A stretch of 64,000 nt of DNA from an uncultured candidate division Zixibacteria bacterium. GTDB lineage: Bacteria > Zixibacteria > MSB-5A5 > RBG-16-43-9. Numbering within the stretch: position 1 is the stretch's first letter; the number at the start of each line of letters is the position of its first letter. Below are positions 31,458-43,440 of the stretch, piece after piece. The stretch is taken from NCBI GenBank assembly GCA_963713865.1, contig OY970208.1:1184001-1248000 (forward strand). The letters are read 5' to 3'. The notes beneath the pieces are model-generated. The model was not told where the DNA came from and searched no databases. It was given only the letters and a program-made list of their open reading frames with translations. The position numbers were made by a program, and so were the translations under genes.

Positions 31458-32714
31458 CTAAAACAATCCCAACTGCTCGGTATCTTTTTTTACTTCTACT
31501 TTCTCTCTTTCTTCAAATATTTTTATCTTACCATAGACTCCGTCGTGGCCCGGAATTATAGTCAAATTTCTCTCACTTACTCTTTTGATACCTTCAAGTA
31601 TTTTAGGTGGTGTTTCTAAAGATAATTCCTCCAGCGAAAGGTCAAGAAGGATTTTAAACTCATTTCCGAAGTTCTGGATCATTTTTTTATACTCTTCTTC
31701 CACACCTTTGGTATCCGGTGCTTGACCCAGGGCTTCTGCAATTATTTCTTGTAGCGGAATCAAATTTTTGAAGGGTATAGAATTGGGTGGGATAAACCCT
31801 TCGGGTCTATCGGCTAAATCCTCTACCCGGTGCATCACTCCAACTGTGATCCTTTTATGACAGACCGGACAGAGGTATTTATTTTTTTTGGTCTCTGCTG
31901 GCGAGAATAATACCCCGCAGTTTCTATGTCCATCAAAATGGTATTTCCCTTCTTCGGGGAAAAATTCGAGGGTATATAAAAATTTATTTTTATCCTTTGA
32001 TTTTATTGTGTCTACTATCTCCCTATAATCTAACTCGCAGTCAAATAGATTCGCCTCTCTTCCGAGCTTGGATGGTGAATGAGCGTCTGAATTAGAGATT
32101 AATGTAATCTTATCTAACTTTGATAATCTCCAGTTCATCTGCGGATCTGAGGAAAGTCCGGTTTCGATTGAATAAATATATTTAGAATATTCACCAAAGC
32201 ATTCTTCAATTGAATCGAACCCGGAATTTGCTCCGAAGATGGAAAACCAGGGGGTCCAGGCATGAGCCGGAATGATCAAACATTCCTGGGATACTCCCAA
32301 TATGATTTTTAATAAATCCTTAGCCGGGAAGGTGAAAACAGGCCTGCCATCTGAGGACAATTTACCTAAATTTTCCAGTTTTTTATTGATTTTTTCAACT
32401 ATCTCAAAAGACGGGGCGAAAACCAGGGTATGGATTTTTCTCAATCTTCCATTTTGATGAAAGATGTTGTTCAACTCTGCAGTGAGGATGAATCTGACGG
32501 GATATTTTTTATTTTTCAATTGAAAGAGCCCGTTCCCCAGAGGCTCTAACTTCTCTTTCAATTCAGAAAGATAGGACGGATGAGTGAAATCCCCGGTTCC
32601 TAAAAGGGATATTCCCTTTATCTCTGCCCATTTGGACAGGGAGTCAACCTCCATCTCCTGAGAGGTTGCCCGGCTGTATTTGGAATGGATATGAAAATCT
32701 GCGATGAAACGCAT
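31458..32714 (-). CDS. Endonuclease Q family (PHP domain plus Zn finger) DNA repair nuclease
   Basis: ADFHIHSKYS, GTGDFTHP, PAHAWTPW, SNSDAHS, GKYHFDGHRNC...CPVC. Confidence 0.88.
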   Translation of the reverse strand: MRFIADFHIHSKYSRATSQEMEVDSLSKWAEIKGISLLGTGDFTHPSYLSELKEKLEPLGNGLFQLKNKKYPVRFILTAELNNIFHQNGRLRKIHTLVFAPSFEIVEKINKKLENLGKLSSDGRPVFTFPAKDLLKIILGVSQECLIIPAHAWTPWFSIFGANSGFDSIEECFGEYSKYIYSIETGLSSDPQMNWRLSKLDKITLISNSDAHSPSKLGREANLFDCELDYREIVDTIKSKDKNKFLYTLEFFPEEGKYHFDGHRNCGVLFSPAETKKNKYLCPVCHKRITVGVMHRVEDLADRPEGFIPPNSIPFKNLIPLQEIIAEALGQAPDTKGVEEEYKKMIQNFGNEFKILLDLSLEELSLETPPKILEGIKRVSERNLTIIPGHDGVYGKIKIFEEREKVEVKKDTEQLGLF

Positions 32715-32729
32715 AGGGTTATGTCCTTG

Positions 32730-34440
32730 CTATTTCTTAAACGCCCAAGGGAAATTGCACCAGGGTGGTTTTATAACCCAGCATTGTGAGGTCTTGAGAT
32801 CCCGAGCCTTAACTTCTGTCACATTCATGGACCTGGGCTCAAGCTTCACTTCGTTAATGTAGACTTCATATTTTTTACCTTTGGTCAGTGCAGGTTTTTC
32901 CAGATATTTTTGAAGTTCCCTCACTTCAGCCCTGTCCTCAGAGATCTGCCAGAATTTCCCCTTACTTTTGACCACCACATCTTTCTCATTTATCCAGTTC
33001 GGCTCAATCCCTCTTCCTAAAGTAAAGTAGGTGAATTTTCTTTTATCGAGGTCGGCTTCTACCAATGAACCGTTGCTGATGAATAGAACAGTTTTATCAT
33101 CCTGCAGCCACTGAGGATTCAATCCGCCATTAAAAGTGAGCTGATATAGTTTTTCCGTCTCAGTATTTAAGGTCCAGATATTATTCCCCTTAGTGAAAGC
33201 TAATATATGACCATCCCCAGAACAAACTTAAGTGAGCAGAAGGCTCTGAGTGATTAATTATGAATCTACACTCCTTATTTTTAAAATCATAGACTTTAAG
33301 ATCTGAGAAATTTTCATCCGATGTTATCCGACCATCTCCATTCCGGTCCCCCCCCAATGACGAGATAAAAAAGATTTTACTTTGATCGATCGTAATCACC
33401 GCTTCGCTGATGGGAATCGAGTCGAGAAAGAGAGGGACATATGAGGAATCGGAGAGATCGTAAATCCAGAGTTCGTTAGGTCCCTTAATTAAGAGTCTAC
33501 GGCTATCGCTTAACCAGCTCACCTTTACCTGAGAGATTGAGCCATCCAGTAGAATATAGTCAGTTTTCTTCAAAGGTTTCTCTTCTCCAAACCAAAGTTT
33601 CTTAGTAAGCTCATCTGAAGCCCAGTTAGGTATATCCTTGACTTCACAGATGACTATTTTCTGCGGACGTTGTCTATGATCCTTATAGTATGGAGATCCC
33701 AACCTTATCTTATACTGATCTGTATATTGATATAACATTTTCTGCTTGTCCGGACTCATGAGTGGATTAGTGCAAGATTCATTGGGATAACCTGATACAA
33801 GTAATTCCCCCTCTCTGGTTAAATAGTTATAGCTCAATAGCTCATTATCTTTTTCGAAGATAATGGTGCTGTCATCGATCCATTGGATCCCTTTCCAGAA
33901 ATTTCCTAAATTAGGATCAAAGACTCTTTCCTCTAAAGACTCAATACCCAAAATAGAATACTTCCTTTCCCAGTTAATCCCAATAGCTCTAGCGAAGAAA
34001 AACTTCTTACTGCTCAGTGACCAAGAGATTTGTTCTACGGAACCGTACCTTCCATCCAGATTATCGTCTGGGAAACGATTGAAGATTTGGCGTGGAGTTG
34101 ACCTTTTGTCTAAGTCCAGCAGATACATTCCATAATAGGTCTGTAAAAGCACTTTGGATTTGTCCGGGGAAAGATAGAAATGGTCAGCATAAAAGGTTAA
34201 TGGTCTTAGATTGGGACCTTTGATATCGGCTAAGAAGATATCATTTCCCCTTAAAGAATCGTACTCCGCTTCCATACCAGTATTCCAATCCCGACATTCA
34301 AAAGCAATCTGTCTTTCATCTGGAGACAGCGCAGGATTACTATAAATGGCGAGTTCATTCTCAAACCCCTGGAGAGGCTGTCTCAGCCAGAAAATTGCCG
34401 CAACTAAAAAGCAAAAAATAAACCATTTTCGCATTTTCAT
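32730..34440 (-). CDS. Secreted TolB-like beta-propeller protein; frameshifted (+1) at about 33220
   Basis: Signal peptide; SPD repeats; removing one base in CCAGAAC (33217-33223) gives HLSLSGDGHILAFTKGNNIW and 569 aa. Confidence 0.75.
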
Positions 34441-34908
34441 ATCAAGAAAGCTTATGAATCTTCAAAAGTATAGCAAGTAATTATTTATTTGTCAACATAA
34501 ATTACCAAGTGGTTAAATTGGAGTGTCAAGCTTTAACTTTACAATTTAATAGTAGAAAATTTGCATTAAGATTCACCTTTGGGTCAGGGGACCCAACGGG
34601 TTCAATATGGGTAAATAACACTGTTCTGTCCCTACAGGAAGTAGTGGCTCAATCCGCTAGATACGGATGAACCCCTATCTTCCTGATGGTAAGGCGGGAT
34701 TACGAACTGTCAACTGAGCGCAGTAAAGCATTCCATCCGCCTGAGGCAGATTCGATTGTCCCCATAGGGACTTCCCCAGAATGGAAAATGGAGCAGGTGT
34801 GTGTCGCGCTACTTTTTTTTGGCTCTACCCAAACACCATAGCGGAATGGTTCCATCCCCAACTAACAAACTCTAAACTCATCCCGCTAAAGGCGGGAATT
34901 CGCTTCGC

Positions 34909-37122
34909 TCAGCAGGGAGGGGGTCCACCTTTGAAAAGGTAGTTTATGAGATAGACTATATCTGCGATGCTTATAGTTCCATCACAGTTAGTATTGGCTT
35001 TGTCCAGGGGTGAAGGTGCAGGTCCTCCTTTAAAAAGATAGTTAATTATATAGACAACATCTGCGACTGATATCTTAGAGTCACCATTAGCATCCCCTCT
35101 TAAGAAAGTTGCACCGGGCTGGATAGTTAAAGTTAAATTCTGGGTATCACTTTTCTGAGGAGCGCTGGAATCTTTTACTAAAACGGTGAAGGTGGAAGTC
35201 CCGGTATCTAAAGCTGTTCCTGAAATTATACCAGTTAAGGAATCAAGGATTAAACTATCAGGAAGAGTTCCGCTTGAAATCTCCCAATAATAAGGTGAGG
35301 TTCCACCCTTAGCTATCAGAGTATCAATATAAATATAAGGTTTGAACCCATCCGATAATGTAGTGGATACGATATTAAGACCATAACTCACAGTACTTGA
35401 GTATTTTAAAATCCATTTATCTTTGTCTAAAGCTAAAGCAGTTGGCTGGGAAGATAGATCGAACTGGAAATCCTGGCTCCTCTGGTTGTTAAAAACTACA
35501 AAGGTGGTATTGCTCTGTGCTGTGGTGATGGTTACATCTATGGGCATAGTGAAGATTTGAGGTGGAGTGGTCTGAATTTGATCGATATGCAGGTAAACCC
35601 GATAAGTCCCGTCAAGGTTCTCATACATCCAGGAGACCCGGTAGTTAGGTCGATATGTTCCGTAAATCCACTCCTGGAAAAACCAGTCCAGATCCATTCC
35701 GGAAACCGATTCGCATACCTCCTGGAAATCCTCAGTTAAGGCACTTTTATTAGCAAATCTCGGATCTGCATAATAGGACCTGAGAATGTCAAAAAAGGTT
35801 GAATCTCCAACTACATGTCTTAACATATGCAATACCCAGCCGCCTTTGTCATAGACCAAACCGCTGAATATCTCATAGACATCAGTGGTATCCTGGACAT
35901 AGATAGTACCTCCACCAGCATATTCCAAGTTGTTCATATAAGAGTGGTAGTAACTTGTTCCATAGATATTCTCATAATACAAAGCCTCACAATAGGTGGC
36001 AAAACCTTCATTTAGCCAGATATGGTGCCAGCTCCCGCAGGTGATATAATCCCCCCACCACTGGTGAGACAACTCATGCACTATAACGTAAGAGTCATAC
36101 CAGGAATAAAGGAGAGAAGTACAGGTCTGGTGTTCCATGCCACCACCCCAGGGGAAATGTGCCATTCCGTACTTTTCTGTCACAAAAGGGTATTCTCCAA
36201 AGGTCTGGGCAAAAAATTCGATTGCTCCAACTGTTATTCCATAATTTGCCACTGCCTCTGAATAATATTCCGGATAGACAAAATATCTTACCTCCATTGA
36301 ATCAGTAGGGGAATAATGATAATAATCTGAAAAAATCTGATAATTGGTGATAGCAACTGAGACAAGATAGGTAGTGATGGGGTAGCTTTCATGCCATTTA
36401 TAAGTCTTGGTTTCATCTCCGTTGTCTATGACTGTCCTTAACACACCATTAGAAGCTACTATCAGGTTAGAAGGGATGGTTACATTGATATCTGCAGAGT
36501 CAGCCTTATCAGAGGGATGGTCTTTACAGGGCCACCAGGTTCGGGCAAAATAGGGCTCGCTCAAAGAGGAGATAATGGGCATAGACGGACTCCCATGATA
36601 GCTGAAATCGAAAGCCTGAAACCCACCTTCGACTGGATGTCCATGATAATAGACAGTTAAAAGAAAGCTCTCGTCTAAGGTATAGGTTCTATCAAGGGTG
36701 ATATTGATTAAATCTGCGGAATGAGTATAGGAAAGATTGGTTGTCTCCATCTTTATAGAGTCAACCGTCATATTGTCATACAAATCTAGAGCTACTGTAT
36801 TCAAGTTTGTTACCTTACTTTTAGCCTGCATGGTCACTGCTCCGTAGATTATCTCTGTGGCAACATTGATCTTTAAATCCAGCCCGTAGTAGATTGCATC
36901 AAAGTCCCCCTGACTGGCAAGAACTTTAGAACTATAAGCCTCACGCACTTTAGCCAAGGTCCTGGCTTTGCCTTCAGCCAATATCCTGTGACCTTCACTT
37001 GGGGGGATGGAAAAGACCGGCTCTGGTTGGGAAGCAGGTTTCTGTTGAGAAAAGCCAAAACTAAAAGGGGATAATAAAAAAATAATCAGCGATAAAAGAA
37101 AAATATTTTTAGACACGGGCAC
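34909..37122 (-). CDS. Secreted M1 family zinc aminopeptidase with Ig-like and dockerin-like C-terminal domains
   Basis: [14 protein letters not shown]...LNEGFA (HExxH-18-E); [19 protein letters not shown] Ig repeat; paired [16 protein letters not shown] / [15 protein letters not shown]. Confidence 0.92.
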   Translation of the reverse strand: MPVSKNIFLLSLIIFLLSPFSFGFSQQKPASQPEPVFSIPPSEGHRILAEGKARTLAKVREAYSSKVLASQGDFDAIYYGLDLKINVATEIIYGAVTMQAKSKVTNLNTVALDLYDNMTVDSIKMETTNLSYTHSADLINITLDRTYTLDESFLLTVYYHGHPVEGGFQAFDFSYHGSPSMPIISSLSEPYFARTWWPCKDHPSDKADSADINVTIPSNLIVASNGVLRTVIDNGDETKTYKWHESYPITTYLVSVAITNYQIFSDYYHYSPTDSMEVRYFVYPEYYSEAVANYGITVGAIEFFAQTFGEYPFVTEKYGMAHFPWGGGMEHQTCTSLLYSWYDSYVIVHELSHQWWGDYITCGSWHHIWLNEGFATYCEALYYENIYGTSYYHSYMNNLEYAGGGTIYVQDTTDVYEIFSGLVYDKGGWVLHMLRHVVGDSTFFDILRSYYADPRFANKSALTEDFQEVCESVSGMDLDWFFQEWIYGTYRPNYRVSWMYENLDGTYRVYLHIDQIQTTPPQIFTMPIDVTITTAQSNTTFVVFNNQRSQDFQFDLSSQPTALALDKDKWILKYSSTVSYGLNIVSTTLSDGFKPYIYIDTLIAKGGTSPYYWEISSGTLPDSLILDSLTGIISGTALDTGTSTFTVLVKDSSAPQKSDTQNLTLTIQPGATFLRGDANGDSKISVADVVYIINYLFKGGPAPSPLDKANTNCDGTISIADIVYLINYLFKGGPPPC

Positions 37123-37545
37123 CTCATTTTTTGAAGTTTTTATTAAGGTTTCAATTTTATCTTCGGGGTTTTCTTGTAAAGATTAACGAAAAAAGAAAAT
37201 GTCAATTCTTATTAATATACGATAACAATTTTTAAACTGTAAAAAAGCAAAACATCTTTTCAATTTATTATTGTTTTCTAAAGTCCTATCAGGTCATAAA
37301 CCTGACAGGAGAAACTGTGTCAGGAATAGTTCCTGACACAACTTGAATAGTAGGTAAAGGCTTTGATTTTAAGTTATTTTTTATAACGCGTGGCCGAGCC
37401 TTTAGGGTTTGGCAAAGGTCTGAAACCTCTGCTACGCGACTATATATATCCGCAAGCTGAAGCTTGCGACTACCTCTTCAATAAAAAGAGAAATTTCTTG
37501 TCTTTTTAATTGACTATATATATTATATTAGAATTGGAGTGAGAT

Positions 37546-38082
37546 ATGAGATTTCCGGGGAAAATATATTTTATATTTTTGTTCATATTTATATTTACCA
37601 GATTCTCTTATGCTCAAGAGAAGAAGGTGTTGCCAGAAATAGCTCAGACCGATTCAGCTCAAGCTATGGTGTTTAAGAGTAAATCCCCTATGGGAGCACT
37701 TCTACGGTCGGTGGCTTTCCCGGGCTGGGGACAGTTTTATAACAAGAAATATCTTAAAGCCGGACTTGCATTCGGAGCTGAGACAACATTTTTAACCCTG
37801 ATGGCTATCGAATGGAAAAGGATGGATGATCACAAAAAACTTTTTGATTCTATGTCCCAGAACCATCCGGATAAATCCTGGGAGTACGAGCAGTATAAAT
37901 TTTACCAGGATAGAAAAAATCTTTTTCTCTGGTCGGCCATAGCCACAATTTTTGTAAGTATGTTCGATGCCTATGTGGATGCCCATCTTTATGATTTCGA
38001 TAAGGAGATGGAGAGGATCGGATTTGAAATCTATCCGGATTCGGGAAACAAGTTAAGCTTTAAACTTAGTTTAAAGCTTTGA
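37546..38082 (+). CDS. DUF5683-like membrane/secreted protein
   Basis: Signal peptide; ALLRSVAFPGWGQFYNKKY, DAYVDAHL. Confidence 0.75.
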   Translation: MRFPGKIYFIFLFIFIFTRFSYAQEKKVLPEIAQTDSAQAMVFKSKSPMGALLRSVAFPGWGQFYNKKYLKAGLAFGAETTFLTLMAIEWKRMDDHKKLFDSMSQNHPDKSWEYEQYKFYQDRKNLFLWSAIATIFVSMFDAYVDAHLYDFDKEMERIGFEIYPDSGNKLSFKLSLKL

Positions 38083-38131
38083 AAAATATAAACGGAACTA
38101 ATTTTATCTACCGAATAGAAGGAGAAAAGAA

Positions 38132-39058
38132 ATGGAAGAGTTCGATTTAGGAATTGCCTGGTGCTGGGAATATGACCGGGAGCTGGTATTCGAGTTAGAG
38201 GACTATATTCATCGGAAAGGGCTTACTATTTACCAGATAGCACCCTATAATTTAGAGGAGACTTTAAATAGGCTTAACTCTAACCAGCTAAAGTTCAAAC
38301 TTTTTCTGGACCGGGCTTCAGACCAGAACGAAGAATTTGAGAGGCTGGTTCAATTTATCAAGACTTCCGGGATAAAAATGCTGAACGATTTTGATAAAGC
38401 CTTATGGTCTTCAGACAAAGCCACTATGCACCTGGAGTTTCTCTCTTCCGGGATCGAGGTTCCCTATACCATTATCCTTTCTCCTTATGAAGAGGAGCCG
38501 GATTTAAGAATAGAGAACTTAGAGAAGGTGGGAATACCCTTTGTTCTAAAGCCTGCCCGGGGTGGAAGCAGTGAAGGGGTGGTTATGGATGCTAAGGGGG
38601 TTGAGGATATCAGAAAAGCCCGGGAGGAGTTCTGGGACGATAAATATCTGATTCAGCAAAAGATCGACCCGGTAAATATCTCAGGAAAAAGGTGCTGGTT
38701 CCGGATCTTCTATTCTTGTGGAGAAGTATTTCCCTGTTTCTGGGATGATCTGACCAAGCTTTCTGAAATACTCATCCCTGCACAGATTGGTGAAAAGGTT
38801 TATAAAGGTGTAGATGAATTAACTAAAAAGATTTCCCAGGTTTGTGGATTAGACCTTTTCTCTACAGAGATTGCCCTTACGGAAAATTATAAGCTAATAG
38901 TGGTTGACTACGTGAACGACCAGTGCGACTTGAGAAAAAAATCCTTACATTATGATGGTATCCCGGATGAGGTAGTGCAAAAGGTGCTTTGCTCTCTGGT
39001 TGAGTATGTTTATTCTTATGTTGGAACCGGTCTGAGAGAGGATCTAAAAAGCTTTTGA
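38132..39058 (+). CDS. Uncharacterised ATP-grasp-fold protein
   Basis: DKATMH, PFVLKPARGGSSEGV, YLIQQ, TEIA...VDYVND. Confidence 0.7.
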   Translation: MEEFDLGIAWCWEYDRELVFELEDYIHRKGLTIYQIAPYNLEETLNRLNSNQLKFKLFLDRASDQNEEFERLVQFIKTSGIKMLNDFDKALWSSDKATMHLEFLSSGIEVPYTIILSPYEEEPDLRIENLEKVGIPFVLKPARGGSSEGVVMDAKGVEDIRKAREEFWDDKYLIQQKIDPVNISGKRCWFRIFYSCGEVFPCFWDDLTKLSEILIPAQIGEKVYKGVDELTKKISQVCGLDLFSTEIALTENYKLIVVDYVNDQCDLRKKSLHYDGIPDEVVQKVLCSLVEYVYSYVGTGLREDLKSF

Positions 39059-39126
39059 GGATAACAGAAAGGTTTCTCATGTGGTCGTCCACAGGACGAA
39101 AAACTTAACTGAAAGAAACTTAAGAT

Positions 39127-39837
39127 ATGGATGATATACTCAAGCAGGAAATGGCGTCATATTACGATGAGAGAGCACGAGAATATGATGAAATCTATCT
39201 CGGAAAGGGTCCTGCAATTCCTGATCCTATTGCTTATAAAAAAGATGTGAAAAGAATTGGTGAAATTGTGTCATCCTTTGGAAGGGGACATTTAATCGAT
39301 ATAGGATGCGCGACTGGATTCTGGTTACCCTATTATGCGCGAAATTGTTCACAAATAACATTAATCGATCAATCTGAAAAGATGCTTTCAGAATGTAAAA
39401 GAAGAGTTGATGAACTGGGAGTAAAAAGCAAGTGTCATTTTGTTCAAGGAGACTTTTTTGAAATTGGCTTTGAAAACTGCTTATTTGAGAGTGCCCTTGT
39501 AGGATTCCTTATAAGCCATCTCACCTTAGAACAAGAGCAGTTATTTTTTGGAAAACTTAAAAAGATTCTCAAGCCCAATGGACAGTTAATACTTATCGAC
39601 TCTACGTGGAGCAGTAAACGGCAAGAATATCGTAAAAAAGAAGGTATGCAAGAACGGGTCTTGAATGACGGTCGTATATTTACTATATACAAGAGATATT
39701 TCGATAAATCCGATATCGAGGGAATATTCAAGAAGTATGGTTTTAAGTTACAATCATATTATATAGGCGACCTGATGCTGGCGGTAATAGGAGAAACAGA
39801 ATCAAGGGAGATTTCATGTGGTCGTTGGGTCCCCTGA
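39127..39837 (+). CDS. Class I SAM-dependent methyltransferase
   Basis: YYDERAREYD, LIDIGCATG, IDQSEKML, LKPNG. Confidence 0.88.
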   Translation: MDDILKQEMASYYDERAREYDEIYLGKGPAIPDPIAYKKDVKRIGEIVSSFGRGHLIDIGCATGFWLPYYARNCSQITLIDQSEKMLSECKRRVDELGVKSKCHFVQGDFFEIGFENCLFESALVGFLISHLTLEQEQLFFGKLKKILKPNGQLILIDSTWSSKRQEYRKKEGMQERVLNDGRIFTIYKRYFDKSDIEGIFKKYGFKLQSYYIGDLMLAVIGETESREISCGRWVP

Positions 39838-39881
39838 CCCGACGATAAATTAATTTATCTGAACTTGCCAGATAGAGGGAC

Positions 39882-40448
39882 TTGTCAAGTACTAAAAGGA
39901 GTAACCAGTTGAGCACATTTATATTAATAATAGTAGCAATTATTGTAGTTGTAGTCATTTATATACGTTTTAATTACTACAATGCCACCAAGGGTATGAT
40001 TAGAGCTAACTTAAATGCTTTCTTCTCTGCAAAATACCAGAGTATGAATTCAGAGGATGCACTAAATATTATGATTTCAACAAGATATAGCGTGTTTCCG
40101 CAGAAAAGAGGTGAATTTATAACATTGTATGCAATGTTTCTATCTTACCTTGAGAATCCTGAAACTGTTGTTAAAGATATCCCAGATGCTCTTGGTGTTT
40201 TATGTGTAGTCCTCTCCTCTTTTGACCTACATCATGAGACTCCAGAAAATATAGATGAGAGAGAAAAAGAAGAGTTAGAAATGCTTAGACGAGTTATTTC
40301 TCTAATGCATATATACGAAGCTGGTGCTGTATTTAAATCACCGAGATCCTTTAGTTCTCCAACACTCAAATTTCTTGATAACTTTATTTACCATATAGAC
40401 AAAGAGTATTATAATAGAATCGGAAAAGCTTTATCTAAGATAGAATAG
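39882..40448 (+). CDS. Hypothetical membrane-anchored protein
   Basis: 188-aa ORF with one N-terminal TM segment; AT-rich. Confidence 0.6.
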   Translation: MSSTKRSNQLSTFILIIVAIIVVVVIYIRFNYYNATKGMIRANLNAFFSAKYQSMNSEDALNIMISTRYSVFPQKRGEFITLYAMFLSYLENPETVVKDIPDALGVLCVVLSSFDLHHETPENIDEREKEELEMLRRVISLMHIYEAGAVFKSPRSFSSPTLKFLDNFIYHIDKEYYNRIGKALSKIE

Positions 40449-40533
40449 AAGTTTTTATAAAAGCGATATTACCCTTCACGTGGTCCAATGTATTAGAAAA
40501 TGGTTCAAGTAGAATCTAAAGAGGTTATAAAGA

Positions 40534-41875
40534 ATGCAAGAAAAACTTCTGAAAAGTATCTCCGGGATTAGAGGGATAGTTGGAAAAACCCTTACGCCAG
40601 AACAAGGTTTTAAAATATTCTTCTGCCTTTGGAAACTATTGTAAGGGAGGAAGGATTGTATTAGGCAGGGATACCCGTAAATCCGGAGAAATTTTCAAGA
40701 ATAGTGTGTTGGATGGACTTTTTTCTGCTGGCTGTGAAGTGATAAATTTAGGGATTTGTCCAACCCCGACTGTGGGGATGGCAGTTAAAGGTCTGAAGGC
40801 TAAAGGTGGGATAATGATTACTGCCAGCCATAATCCTGCAGAGTGGAATGGTTTAAAATTTTTCAATGCAAAAGGGGTTTTCTTAGATGAAAAAGAGGGT
40901 AAAAAGTTCTTTTCTTTAGCGGAGAAGGAGATAAAATATTCAGAGCGAAAAAAGTCAGGTAAAGTTCATTCAGATAATAGGTGGATTGAGAAACATATCC
41001 AGAGGATTTTAGGGTTATCCTATATAGACAAGAACAAGATTAAGAAGAAAGGATTCAAAGTTGTGCTTGACTGTAATAACGGTGCTGGTGCAAAGATTGC
41101 TCCTTTGCTTCTCAGGGAATTAGGATGTCAGGTGATTGAGTTAAATTGTGGTTTAAGCGGAGAGTTCGTTCATTCACCAGAACCTGTGCCGGAGAATTTG
41201 GCTTTGCTCTGTAAAAAAGTAAAAAAGACTAAAGCAGATTTGGGTTTTGCCTTAGATCCGGATGCGGATAGATTGGCTATAGTCTCAGAGAAAGGGGTTC
41301 CTCTGGGCGAGGAATATACCCTGGCTTTATGTGTGGATTTTGTTTTGAGTAAAAAACTTTCGGACGTGGCAGTGAATAATTCTACTTCTATGGTTATGGA
41401 AGATATTGTCAGAAAATACGGGGTTGAAGTTTTCCGCAGTAAAGTAGGTGAGATATATGTAGTCTCACTCTTGAAGAAGATTAAAGGGGTAATTGGAGGA
41501 GAAGGGAATGGGGGGGTAATTCTGCCAGAAAATCATTATGGCAGGGATGCGCAGGTGGGTATGGCTCTGATTCTGCAGTATTTAACTGAATCCGGCAAAA
41601 AGATAAGCCAGCTAAAGCAGAGCTTGCCTCAATATTTCATACAAAAAGATAAGTTAAAGCTTTCGAGTAATTTTGATAATAAATTAAAAATATATCTAAG
41701 AAAGTTCAAACAGTCAGAGATAAATTATTTAGATGGAGTGAAAGTAAAGCTCGAAAATTCCTGGATCAGTATCCGTAAGTCAAATACTGAACCGATCATC
41801 AGAATTATGGCAGAAGCTACTATCAGAGAAGAAATAGAAAAACTGGTGCTTGAGGCTAAACGGGAATTAAGTTAA
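40534..41875 (+). CDS. glmM: Phosphoglucosamine mutase/phosphohexomutase; frameshifted (+1) at about 40600
   Basis: True start ATG at 40534 (MQEKLLKSISGIRGIVG); removing one base in CCAGAAC (40597-40603) gives 446 aa; TASHNP, DPDADR, GGEGNGG, RKSNTEP. Confidence 0.8.
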
Positions 41876-41895
41876 ATTACTATTAAAAATCTGCT

Positions 41896-42573
41896 TCATC
41901 TGCCTTTTTCTTCTTCGATATGATGTCTGATATCTTTACCCTGCACCAAATAGATAACATCTTCAGCTATATTAGTAGCATGGTCTCCTATTCTCTCTAA
42001 ATGTCTGGAGACTAAGATTAATTCCAGAGCCCGGGGTATAGTGGATTGGTCACTGAGCATAAAGGTCAGAAGCTCACGAAAAATCTGGTCTTTTAATCCA
42101 TCGACTTGATCATCCCGGGTCAAAATCGAACGAGCTAAGTCTACATCCCTTTTAATGAAAGCATCTAAACTGTCTTTCACCATCTTTTGAGTCAGTTCCG
42201 CCATTCGGGGTATGTCGATCAAGGGCTTGAGCTGAGGCTGTTTAATCAGAACTTCAGTCCGCTGAATAATATTTACCGCTAAATCCCCAATCCTTTCCAG
42301 CTCGCTGTTGATCTTCATAGCCGAGGTGATAAACCTCAAGTCCGTTGCCATCGGCTGTTTCAGAGCCAAGAGCTTAAGGCAGAGATCGTCGATCTCTATT
42401 TGAAGATAGTTAACCTTTTTCTCGTCCTGATTAACCACTTCGAATAGAGACTCATCTCTTTCCGATAGAGATTTAACCGCCTTGTAGATCATCATTTCAG
42501 CCAAGCTGGCCATAGATAGCAATTTTTCTTTTAGGAGATTTAACTCCTCATCGAAATGTTTGTGAATCGTCAT
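41896..42573 (-). CDS. phoU: Phosphate signalling protein PhoU
   Basis: QPMATDLR, ELERIGD, LERIGDHATNIAE. Confidence 0.96.
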   Translation of the reverse strand: MTIHKHFDEELNLLKEKLLSMASLAEMMIYKAVKSLSERDESLFEVVNQDEKKVNYLQIEIDDLCLKLLALKQPMATDLRFITSAMKINSELERIGDLAVNIIQRTEVLIKQPQLKPLIDIPRMAELTQKMVKDSLDAFIKRDVDLARSILTRDDQVDGLKDQIFRELLTFMLSDQSTIPRALELILVSRHLERIGDHATNIAEDVIYLVQGKDIRHHIEEEKGR

Positions 42574-42594
42574 TTTCTTCTTCCTTTCAAATTA

Positions 42595-43437
42595 TCATCC
42601 AAATCGCCCGGTTACATAATCCTCGGTCTTTTTATCTCTGGGATTGGTGAAAATCTTAGAGGTCTGGTCAAACTCCACCAGCTCTCCCAGGAAGAAGAAA
42701 CCGGTATAATCCGAAATCCGGGCAGCCTGCTGCATGTTATGGGTCACAATTACAATAGTATAGTTTTTCTTCAAATCTAAAATTAACTCCTCTATCTTTC
42801 CAGTAGAAATCGGATCTAAAGCCGAGGCTGGTTCATCCATTAAGAGAACCTCCGGTTCTACAGCTAAAGCCCGGGCAATGCAGACCCTCTGTTGCTGGCC
42901 TCCGGAAAGCTTCAAAGCAGACTGGTCTAATTTATCTTTGACCTCGTCCCATAAAGCTGCATCTTTCAAAGTCCTCTCCACAGTTTCCTCCAGGATGTTC
43001 TGATTACCAATCCCCTGAATCCTCAGACCATAAGATACGTTCTCAAAGATTGACTTGGGAAAAGGGTTCGATTTCTGGAAAACCATCCCTACTTTTCTTC
43101 TCAATTCCGAGAGCTCGATGCCCCTGGAGTAGATATCTACTCCATCCAAAAAAACCTTACCTGAACTGTTAGCTCCCGGAATTAAATCGTTCATCCGGTT
43201 CAAGCATCTCAAGAAGGTCGATTTCCCACAGCCAGAGGGACCAATAAAGGCGGTGATCTGATTCTCCTGAATACCGATGGAGATGTCTTTCAAAGCCTGA
43301 GTTTTGCCATAGTAGAAATTCAGTTTCTCAACCAAGATTTTGGGAGTAAAGCTCTCTATTTTCTTTCCTGATATCTCAGGAGTTTTAGGTTCGATTTTAG
43401 CTTCTGTTTCTTCTCTCATTATGCTCTCTTCGTTCAT
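42595..43437 (-). CDS. pstB: Phosphate ABC transporter ATPase
   Basis: [41 protein letters not shown]. Confidence 0.97.
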   Translation of the reverse strand: MNEESIMREETEAKIEPKTPEISGKKIESFTPKILVEKLNFYYGKTQALKDISIGIQENQITAFIGPSGCGKSTFLRCLNRMNDLIPGANSSGKVFLDGVDIYSRGIELSELRRKVGMVFQKSNPFPKSIFENVSYGLRIQGIGNQNILEETVERTLKDAALWDEVKDKLDQSALKLSGGQQQRVCIARALAVEPEVLLMDEPASALDPISTGKIEELILDLKKNYTIVIVTHNMQQAARISDYTGFFFLGELVEFDQTSKIFTNPRDKKTEDYVTGRFG

Positions 43438-43440
43438 ATT

